A stretch of DNA of 64,000 nucleotides from Basidiobolus meristosporus CBS 931.73 (taxonomy: Eukaryota; Fungi; Basidiobolomycota): positions 111,282 through 175,281 of the forward strand of contig MCFE01000093.1 of NCBI GenBank assembly GCA_002104905.1, written 5' to 3'. The notes under the pieces are model-generated. The model ran no database searches, was not told the DNA's origin, and saw only the letters and a list, made by a program, of their open reading frames with translations. How positions within the stretch are numbered: position 1 is the stretch's first letter; the number at the start of each line of letters is the position of its first letter. Shown one piece after another: positions 55,308 to 63,761 of the stretch. Made by a program: the position numbers and the translations under genes.

Positions 55308-56290
55308 TCACTGTACACCATGCTCCCTTGTTAAAATCCCTGCCTTGAGGTACTTCTGGAAATATGGAACATAGTGATGGTTCATCAGCGTGTAGTGCGC
55401 ACCAGGCACACCAATGTAGCTGTTGGCCTGTCGGGTGAAGCCATCCCACTTCATGAGCATTCCATCCAGCCAGTCCTCCTTCTTCCCAGCCAGTGGAATG
55501 GCATAGAGCACCGAGACTTGTGCAACAGTCCCGCTGGGTTCGTAGCTGCGACCGCACTTCAGCAGGGACTCGGCGATATCCACCTACTTTTCAAGCTGTG
55601 TGCGGTCGATCTCGAGCTCTTTGATCCGATCAGGCGAGGCCTTGGACCAGATATGATTGATCTGCTCCTCACGAGGCAACGTGTGAAGATATGGGGAGAC
55701 TCGAGTCGCCTCCTCCTTCGTGATGAGGTCCAAGAAGTAGGACAGATTCAGGAAGCCCCCGGTCCAGTCTAGCTCGAGCATCCTAGGCTTGATGTGGGGA
55801 GGGATGTTGACCAGACCGACGAAAGCCATCTTCTCCCCCTGAGCCTCAAGTCGTTTGGCAATCTCGAATGCTACCACCCCGCCGTACGAGTACCCGGCCA
55901 CCGCTTGCGGTCCTTTAGGCTGGGTTTTGCGGATGGCTGCGGTGTATATATCGGCCATCTCCTCCATGGACTCGAAGTACGGATTGTTGTCGAAACCTCG
56001 AGCTCGCAGTGCATAGAATGGTCGTTCATTTGCAAAGTATTTGGCCAGGTTGACAAAGATGAGCACCTCTCCAACCCCAGGGTGGACAAAGAAGATTGGC
56101 ACGCCAGACCCGGTGACCTGCAATGGGACAACTGGGTTATAGCCATGGACGACTCCCTTGTTCAGTATGGAGGTGTCCAAGTGCTCCGCAAGCTGCCGAA
56201 TAGTGGGGTACTGCATGATTCTGATCACCAACCAGTTCTACATCAAGGCAAAATGTTTGGCATCCACTGACATTACTCACAACGCTCACT
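55308..56290 (-). pseudogene. 3' remnant (T-domain tail + thioesterase) of an A-T-TE NRPS-like quinone/atromentin-synthetase-type gene
   Basis: It reads PIFFVHPGVGEVLIFVNLAKYFANERPFYALRARG, GYSYGG, ELDWTGGFLNLSYFL and LEK*VDIAESL...YAIPL...HYTLM. There is an in-frame TAG at 55584-55586 where this family has W. The A domain and T-domain Ser are missing. Confidence 0.85.
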
Positions 56291-56297
56291 CACCTTG

Positions 56298-56767
56298 TTA
56301 GGGGGGAGACAGTCACCAACAGGCGAAGTCCTTATTTCAGTTGAAACAAAGAAGCCAGCGCTACTGTTGTAGCTTTGATACAAGAGTGTGTAGCTGAGGG
56401 GAATTTGTAGGTAAGTGAAGAAGAAGAGATGATAGTTCTTCAGTGCTCAAGACACTGTTGAGTGGGAAGGGGGGTAGCAAGAGAGGTAAGAATGATTTGT
56501 GAACAACATTGATAAGGGGAATGTGATAAGGATTGATACTCATCATAAAGGGAGTGTGCTGCTTCAGATATTGCTGCCAAAGGTCTGTCAAGTACTTCAG
56601 GTAGGCCAGCTTGGGTTTTTCTGACTGCAGAACATAATGAGCAAACTTCTTGACTTCAGGATCTCCAAGTATTGTTCTCCAGCAGGATCCAGGTGTAGTG
56701 TGGTGTGTTCTCTTCCAGGCCTTGATCAGTGGGTTGTTGCAGTGGTGAAGTCTGATCTTATAGGGCA
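56298..56767 (-). mobile_element. Telomere-associated LINE-like element, copy A (5'-truncated 3' fragment with a 33-bp internal deletion)
   Basis: It is near-identical to 60306-60810 and ends ...GTCTCCCCCCTAA at the NRPS break. Confidence 0.9.
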
Positions 56768-56774
56768 AAAGGGT

Positions 56775-57541
56775 TTAGGGGGGGGGAGACAGTCACCAAC
56801 AGGTGAAATCTTTATTTCAGTTGAAACAAAGAAGCCAGCGCTACTGTTGTAGCTTTGATACAAGAGTGTGTAGCTGAGGGGAATTTGTAGGTAAGTTAAT
56901 AAGAGGTGATGATAGTTCTTCAGTGCTCAAGACACTGTTCAGAGGGAGGGGGGGTAGCAAGAGAGGTAAGAATGACTTGTGAACAACATTAATGAGGGGA
57001 ATGTGATAGGGATTGATATTCATCATAAAGGGAGTGTGCTGCTGCAGATATTGCTGCCAAAGGTCTGTCAAGTACTTCAGGTAGGCCAGCTTGGGTTTAT
57101 CTGACTGCAGAATAAATTGAGCAAACTTCTTGACTTCAGGATCCCCAAGTATAGTTCTCCAGCAGGAGCCAGGTGTAGTGTGGTGTGTTCTCTTCCAGGC
57201 CTTGATCAGTGGGTTGTTGCAGTGATGAAGTCTGAGATATTATCTAGTTCTGAGGTAGAGAAGTCTAATCTTATAGGGCATAAACCCAAAAGCACCAAGA
57301 ATAGCATGTCTGTAGGGGCATTCAGGCAAATGAGGCACCAAGGAGGTAATGCACCATACTGCAAACTTGTCAAGCTTAGTGCAGTCTCTAGAAGTAAGAC
57401 AGAGAAGTGGTAAGCCAAATTCCAGGACAGGGAAGACAAACTGCTTGAGTAGAAGGAAGCAGCTGGAAGCTGAAGTTGTAGGAGGAGTAACAGCCAATAG
57501 CTTGTGGAGTGCCTGCCTTGCCAGGATAATTCTCTTCTTCA
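56775..57541 (-). mobile_element. Telomere-associated LINE-like element, copy B (5'-truncated)
   Basis: It is near-identical to 60306-61070, has the same 3' terminus, and lies head-to-tail with copy A. Confidence 0.9.
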
Positions 57542-57667
57542 AGAGTTGTTTTAAGATAACAAAAAGTTTTCATCAAGAGTTGTTCTAAAATAACAAAAAG
57601 TTTTCATCAAGAATTGTTCTAAGATAACAAAAAGTTTTCATCAAGAATTGTTCTAAGATAACAAAAA
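57540..57667. repeat. 34-bp tandem repeat x3.8 at the proximal edge of the AT-rich island
   Basis: Units of CAAGA(G/A)TTGTT(T/C)TAAGATAACAAAAAGTTTTCAT start at 57540, 57574, 57608 and 57642 (partial). Confidence 0.92.
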
Positions 57668-57826
57668 TCAGATCAGCATTTATTTTATAAAAGAATATTT
57701 TTTCATCAAAGAGAAAACTTATTTATATTTTTTAGCTTTGTCTAAAATCAAATGTGATACCAAAAATCCCAATTGCATTTTCCACGGTTTTTTATCCTAT
57801 ATTTTTTTTCCATTTTTATATATTGG

Positions 57827-58159
57827 TTATACTTTTTCTAAATTTTTTGGGTTTTCTAAAAATATACCAACAAACTCTTTTAATTCATCATCAGACAAGT
57901 GTTTTATATATTTAACCTTATAACGATTGGTGTCTTGTTCAAAAATTTTACGTTTTTGTTTATATTCTATAGCGTTTAAATCCGGTTCAAACTTTTTGGA
58001 TTTTTGTTCAACTTGTTGTTTATATTCTTTTGGATAACTACACTGCTCAGACAAATATTTCTTCACATAAAAATTAAGATGTTTTACATAATCAGAGCTT
58101 ACCAAAGTAGTTTCTTCGCAACATGATATATTAATTGTTGTAAAAATTTGTATTTCCAC
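57827..58159 (-). CDS. Island ORF, K/E-rich, unknown function (non-ATG start)
   Basis: 110-aa ORF in AT-rich DNA. Confidence 0.35.
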   Translation of the reverse strand: MEIQIFTTINISCCEETTLVSSDYVKHLNFYVKKYLSEQCSYPKEYKQQVEQKSKKFEPDLNAIEYKQKRKIFEQDTNRYKVKYIKHLSDDELKEFVGIFLENPKNLEKV

Positions 58160-58405
58160 CTAAATATTCACCTAACTTAGTCACTTAGATCATCACCTTC
58201 AAATCCTAGAGAATACTGACTAAATTCCTTGTCGGGATTTACTTGGAATATTTTCACCAAAATGCCAGGTACCCAGAATATGAAGATTCTCAAAGTTGTC
58301 CAAACAGCCCCAAACTTTGCACACATGCTCTTGGGACCTTCCTTAACCTATTCTACGTGTTTGTAATGCCAAGACCAGGTAAAAGTATAAATACTACTTT
58401 TACAT

Positions 58406-58936
58406 TCAATAAATCATAAAGTGAAAACCACATAATCTACTTGTTCTCCCAATCACTTCCAATATCTCCAAGACTCTTACAACATTAATATCCCAATTAA
58501 TATTATTTAATATAGATAAATCACAGTTGTTTGAGCAGAAATATCTATCGGTGTGCATACCAAATATAAGTAGTAAATTAATTGCAGCTAATATAAAACC
58601 AAATGTAAGAGTTAATTCATCGGATCTATTAGGTTTATCAACATATAATATATACGTTATTGCTATTATGATTAATATTGCATATTTAGATTCCCCATCA
58701 TACCAACTTGGATCCAACAAAATTTGTATACTTTTTCTGTGTCTAATTTTATGGTTAATTGTCCAACGTATTGCATTTATTAAAATAAAAAATAGACAAA
58801 GGTCTAAGTATGCAATACCAAAAACTTTGACATTAGAATTGTAAAATAGTTCCAAACATTGTATTATCATACATCTAATAGAAAATACAATATATATACG
58901 TCTTAGTTTGGGTATCAAAGAAAATGGATTTATCAT
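58406..58936 (-). CDS. Island ORF, hydrophobic multi-TM protein of unknown function
   Basis: ATG at 58936; about 176 aa with several hydrophobic stretches. A frame this long without stops is unlikely by chance in such AT-rich DNA. Confidence 0.5.
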   Translation of the reverse strand: MINPFSLIPKLRRIYIVFSIRCMIIQCLELFYNSNVKVFGIAYLDLCLFFILINAIRWTINHKIRHRKSIQILLDPSWYDGESKYAILIIIAITYILYVDKPNRSDELTLTFGFILAAINLLLIFGMHTDRYFCSNNCDLSILNNINWDINVVRVLEILEVIGRTSRLCGFHFMIY

Positions 58937-59559
58937 TGAATAAAAAAAAGTAGTGTAAAAACAACCAATATAAACGTTATTGTTGATATATATGTAGTTA
59001 TACGTTAAATGTAACTTTTGATGCGCATTTATCAAAAACAACTTTAAATATTTGAGTTGACAATAAAACATTTTTGTTGTTTTGAAACTTTTTAAAAATA
59101 AGCTTAGAACAACATGTATTACATAAATGGAACTTTGGAATTAAAAACAAGTAGCAACTGCATTTTTTGTTATCTAGAAAACTTTTTGGAAAAATAATTT
59201 TTAAACCATGGTTCTTGTTGTTTGGGGAATTTTTGGTTTAAACATTTTTCAAGCTAAAAAAAAAATATTTTTCAAGCTTAAAGAGTAAATGTTTGTAAAA
59301 CAGATATGCCATAGCTATTGTAGTAACTATAGGACAAACATTGAGCATTGAAAAGTATTTTGCAAGCATAATATTTTTACCGTTCAATAGTTACAAAATA
59401 ATTATGAAATTTTTACAACTAAACTGTTAAATAAAAAAACTCACAAATGTTTCCCCCAAAAAATACGCATAATACCGCAACATTAAAATGTCCAAATTTG
59501 GCAGGGAACGCCCTACAAAAATTTTATTTTATTGGGAATGATATCCACAAAGTTAACCG

Positions 59560-60306
59560 TTATTTACCAAAATAATAGTTTTTTATTGCATTCCATGAGT
59601 ATGGGATTATATTATTTTTTATCAGCAATATTGCCCCAACTGATGTATTATATATATCTACAATATCCGTTACAACTTTATCCAAATGGGCCATGGTTGC
59701 TGATTTAGAATCCATATCATCATAGAATACATTTTTGCCTACTGTTGAACCATCACTAGAGCCACATGTTTCTTCTAGTGTTGATGCATATGCAGGTAAA
59801 ACTATTTCTTCTACAATTGGTTCATGGGTCACATAAATTTTTTCTACAGTCGTTGATTCAACAATAGGATAAGTTTCTTTTGCAAGTTGCGACCCATATA
59901 TTCCTGCTATTGGTGTGCTATATGTTAATACCATTTTCCCAAATATCAAATCTTAGGCGACAGAAATATTTTTTTCTGGGTTTTGGTTTTGAAGTGTTGA
60001 AACTATTTCTCCAAGTTTAAGATGGTGGGGAAGAGAAATGGGTTTTTTTAAAGTTGGTTTGTCTGATGAGGATATAGTTTCAGCGCTATTATCAGACAAA
60101 TTAACTTTATGTACATTGTTGTTTTCATCATCCAAAGTAGTTTTTTCTTGCAAAGGTTGATTTAGGATATTAATATAAGATTGCAAATTATTTAATAGGG
60201 ATATTCCAGATTGTAGAATAGATGTACATGCATCATTTGAAATATGATATCCGCAATAGTTTGAATTTGGTTTAGCTTTACGGCCACATTCAAGACCTTT
60301 ATTCAT
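59560..60306 (-). pseudogene. Island ORF with an N-terminal Cys/His knuckle (KG.EC.RKAK...YC.YH), interrupted by an in-frame TAA
   Basis: The two track ORFs (59953-60306 and 59560-59949) are in the same frame, separated only by TAA-GAT. The 5' end abuts the copy C terminus. Confidence 0.55.
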
Positions 60307-62783
60307 TAGGGGGGGAGACAGTCACCAACAGGTGAAATCTTTATTTCAGTTGAAACAAAGAAGCCAGCGCTACTGTTGTAGCTTTGATACAAGAGTGTGT
60401 AGCTGAGGGGAATTTGTAGGTAAGTTAATAAGAAGTGATGATAGTTCTTCAGTGCTCAAGACACTGTTCAGTGGGAAGGGGGGTAGCAAGAGAGGTAAGA
60501 ATGACTTGTGAACAACATTAATGAGGGGAATGTGATAGGGATTGATATTCATCATAAAGGGAGTGTGCTGCTGCAGATATTGCTGCCAAAGGTCTGTCAA
60601 GTACTTCAGGTAGGCCAGCTTGGGTTTTTCTGACTGCAGAATATAGTGTGCAAACTTCTTGACTTCAGGATCTCCAAGTATAGTTCTCCAGCAGGAGCCA
60701 GGTGTTGTGTGGTGTGTTCTCTTCCAGGCCTTAATCAGTGGGTTGTTGCAGTTGTGAAGTCTGAGGTATAATCTGGTTCTAAGGTAGAGAAGTCTGATCT
60801 TATAGGGCATAAACCCAAAAGCACCAAGAATAGCATGTCTGTAGGGGCATTCAGGCAAATGAGGCACCAAGGAGGTAATGCACCATACTGCAAACTTGTC
60901 AAGCTTAGTGCAGTCTCTAGAAGTAAGAGAGAGAAGTGGTAAGCCAAATTCCAGGACAGGGAAGACAAACTGCTTGAGTAGAAGGAGGCAGCTGGGAGCT
61001 GAAGTTGTAGGACGAGTAACAGCCAGTAGCTTGTGGAGTGCCTGTCTTGCCAGGATAATTCTCTTCTTCAGGTGTGCTCCAGAGTCTAGTCCAGTAGGAA
61101 GGAAAGGAAAGCCAAGATATGTAGCAGAAACCAGAGCAGGTAGAGTGGAGTTCTCCAAGTTGATGGGAGAGCCCAAAGGTACTGTCTTTGCAATGGAAAG
61201 CTGGAGATTATTCTTCTGCAGATACTGGTGGATGGTCTGGGAGTCTTGCTGCACATTGGAGGAGGTTATTCTGATGTCATCAGCAAAGAGAGTAACCAGG
61301 CAGTCAGCTGAGAGTCTTGGGAAATCATTCAGGAAGATGGCAAACAGTATAGGACCAAGCACAGAGCCTTGAACCACTCCATTAGGAACTGAGAACACAG
61401 CTGATTGCTCACTTGGGTGCAGAATTCTTGCTTGTGGATCTAGAAACAGAGACCTGACAAGGAGGGTAAGAGAGGTACTGGAGAAGCATTGCAACTTGGG
61501 CCAAAGCAGATTTCTGTCAACTGAATCAAAGGCCTTAGTAATATCAAACAGAACAGAGGGATACTTGCACTGGAGAGAGTGATCTTGGCTAAGTATGACT
61601 GAATATTCCAAGGAGAGGCCAGGAACAAAGCCAAACTATGCAGGATGAAACTTGAGGGAGTCAGAGTAGAGCTCCTGAGCAAGCAGAAGCTCAAACACCT
61701 TTCTGCAGGTGGGCAGCAGAGATATTGGCCTGTAGGAGCTAGGATCCAGGTGCTTTCCTTTACCCATGTACAGTGGCAGAACATTTGCAAAGGACCATTC
61801 CTCAGGAGTAGAAAGCTGAGCTGAGCATTGCTGAAACAGTGGAAGCAGAAGTGCAGACATGGCCTTGGTACTAGTCTTCAGAAGCTCATAGGAGATTGTG
61901 TCCACACCTGGAGCAGTAGAGTTGGGAAGCCTCTTCAGCACATTATGGATTCTCCTTTGATCAAGTGCAAGTGGGATGGGCAGAGTCTTGAAGTCAGGAT
62001 GAAAGCCAGGAGTTGAGTACTGCTTTGTAGAGAAGAAGATGTTAGCCAGTTGTTCTGTTGAAGGTAACTTCCTGGAAGAAGGCCTCATTGCCCTGTAGAG
62101 TCTTGATACTGTTCTTGTTATAGAGTTGGAAGATTGCAGAGGCAAAGAACTCATAATATGATCCCAGAGCTGAGTATGCAGAGTGTGGTGAATTGCCTTG
62201 GAGTGGTGTATTGCTGTCAGGAGGAGTTTCTCTGTTTTTGGGTTAGGGAAACTCAGGTAGCTTTGTTGCAGGGCTGAAACAATGGATTCCCATTTTCTTG
62301 AGGTAACAGCAGTAGACTTGCATGGCAGTGAGAGGGAGGCAGACACCAGAATCAGATGCTTCACAAAGAGCTAGGCATAGTTGAGATCATCTGGCAGAGA
62401 AAGTAGCAAACTGGCAAGCTTCAAGTAGTTCCCAAAGTCTTTCTTCTGATTCTTGGTAGCTTTGTGGGTGAGCACAGTAAGTTTTGGCAGCTTCTTCTTC
62501 ACAACTGGTTGCATAGAAAGGGACCAGGCTGGGTGGTCAGAGGCTCTCAAGGATCCTAGCTCAGCTCCAGAGAATTGCTTAACTTCATTCACAAAGTAGA
62601 GGGCAGCAGCAGAAGGGCAGATCCAGTCAACACATCTTTTCTCAGATTGAGCACCTAGTGCTAGCAGGTGGCTTTCTCTCAGGAAGTTCAGTAGGAATGT
62701 AGACCTTGGCTTCATTCTTGCAGTCAGAGTAGTCTTGTTCTCAGGATGGGGAATGTTGAGATCTCCAAGCAAGATAATAGGTG
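60306..62783 (-). mobile_element. Telomere-associated APE-type non-LTR retrotransposon, copy C (ORF2: C-terminal half of APE + RT; two in-frame TAG)
   Basis: APE motifs are IILLGDLN, VDWI and SDH. RT motifs are APGVDTI, SYRPISLL, (Q>*)FGF, FDITKAFDSV, GVVQGSVLGPILF and LFADD. In-frame TAGs lie at 62371 and 61636. The 5' end is capped by TTAGGG repeats. Confidence 0.92.
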
Positions 62784-62807
62784 TTAGGGTTAGGGTTAGG
62801 GTTAGGG
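62784..62807 (+). repeat. Interstitial telomeric tract (TTAGGG)4
   Basis: Four perfect repeats between copy C and the ORF1 unit. Confidence 0.97.
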
Positions 62808-63761
62808 GAGGGAAAGTCACCAAGGTAGGTGAAATCTTTATTTGATTTCAGACAAGTCTAACTACAAATAAAGAAGCCAGCTGGGAATAGAAGATTCCCA
62901 AAGTAAACACTAAGTTGAATATGAATAAATCTAAGCTAAAGTTAAGGCAGTATCCCAAAGTACACTGGAGTTCAGGTTCATGGGGGAGTGAAGTAGATAA
63001 GCTTGAGAGATATAATAATCTTTAAGGAAGTGGGTAACAGCAGGTGAGGGGGAGTTTTTGATAAGTGAAGTAAATCTTGAGAGCAGAGATTCCTCTAATG
63101 AGAAGGTCTTGTAAACTGGAGAATCAGGAAACTCTTTAAAGGCATGATCAGTAGGTTCCCAGTAAAACTGGTCAGAGACATTTTGAGAGAATTCTTTAGC
63201 AATACTTTTGTCAAGTACTACCTCCAGAGTGTGATGGTTGATAAATCTCATGTTAACAATCTTGGATAAGTTGTAACCTTGTTGCTTGAGATACATCCTA
63301 TGCTCAGATATAGGAATAAACTCCACATTGGCAAAGTAGCAGACAGCCCAGTCAGTAGCAGGAGGTAGATCAGAAGTGGCAGGAAACTTTCTTTTGGTCT
63401 TTGGAGGAGCAGCAAGATTTCTTGAGGAAGCAGGAGCAGGATTTTTTACAGCTTCAGAGTAGGAAGAGTGAGCAGGAGCAGATGACTCTTGGGGAGTCAT
63501 GTTGACAGGAACAGTTGGCACAGGGACAATAGATTCTTGCAGAACAGAAAAGGCAGAAAACAGCTTTTGAACTTGCTTCTTGAGTAAAGCATTTTCAGCT
63601 TCAACAAGTGCAAGCCTTTCCTCAAGGAAGGAAATCTGAAGGGAATGGAGTGAAGGCATCAGAAATAAGAAGAAGAGGGTAAGATGGGGTGGGTGGGAGG
63701 GAAAATTAGCAGGGAGAAGAGAAGGAAGGAGCAAAAATTCCAGAAGTCAGAATTTATAGAT
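62802..63761 (-). mobile_element. ORF1-only telomere-associated unit sharing the 3' terminus of the RT element
   Basis: It contains one ORF. Its 3' end shares the blocks GCTGGCTTCTTT, AAATAAAGATTTCACC and TTGGTGACT plus a C-rich-TAA end with copies A-C. It is flanked by telomeric repeats on both sides. Confidence 0.8.
62931..63659 (-). CDS. LINE ORF1-like protein (coiled coil, P/A/S linker, putative RRM-like domain), intact
   Basis: It has the heptads ERLALVEAENALLKKQVQKL, SYSEAVK, and CYFANV..IPISEHRMYL..GYNLSKIVNMRFI..HTLEV. No stops are present. Confidence 0.65.
   Translation of the reverse strand: MPSLHSLQISFLEERLALVEAENALLKKQVQKLFSAFSVLQESIVPVPTVPVNMTPQESSAPAHSSYSEAVKNPAPASSRNLAAPPKTKRKFPATSDLPPATDWAVCYFANVEFIPISEHRMYLKQQGYNLSKIVNMRFINHHTLEVVLDKSIAKEFSQNVSDQFYWEPTDHAFKEFPDSPVYKTFSLEESLLSRFTSLIKNSPSPAVTHFLKDYYISQAYLLHSPMNLNSSVLWDTALTLA

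Larger units (their letters stand above)
57542..60305 (-). other. AT-rich foreign-looking island with intronless co-oriented ORFs (candidate endogenous viral or extrachromosomal DNA)
   Basis: AT content rises abruptly, with long A/T runs. The ORFs at 57827-58159, 58406-58936 and 59560-60306 are all on the minus strand. The island has sharp boundaries with retroelement copies on both sides. Confidence 0.6.

Noticed and set aside
57540-57667. CRISPR-like array (34-bp repeats); likewise the triple 75-bp repeats at 4083-4604
   Set aside because: The 34-bp units are contiguous with no spacers. The 75-bp repeats are explained as intronic snoRNAs, and the context is eukaryotic with no cas genes.
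58170-58390. Less AT-rich patch inside the island as a separate insertion
   Set aside because: No terminal repeats, TSD or recognisable ORF were found; the shift may be noise.
60063-60100. CTGATGAG as a hammerhead ribozyme core; also looked for HHR in the element 3' ends
   Set aside because: There is no correctly placed GAAA or stems, it lies inside an island ORF, and the 3' termini lack CUGANGA.
55584-62373. TAG reassigned to Gln/Trp, or programmed readthrough explaining the in-frame TAGs
   Set aside because: Host genes in the window (WRAP73, LIP2, the USP, Hv1) and ORF2 itself end in TAG. The interrupted codons correspond to different residues (W, Q), one is TAA, and no known readthrough context is present.
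60306-62783. Penelope-like (Athena/Coprina) identity for the telomeric RT
   Set aside because: The motifs (YRPISLL, QFGF, KAFDSV, QGSVLGP, FADD) and the APE GDLN/SDH remnants are LINE-type. Only the geometry resembles PLEs.
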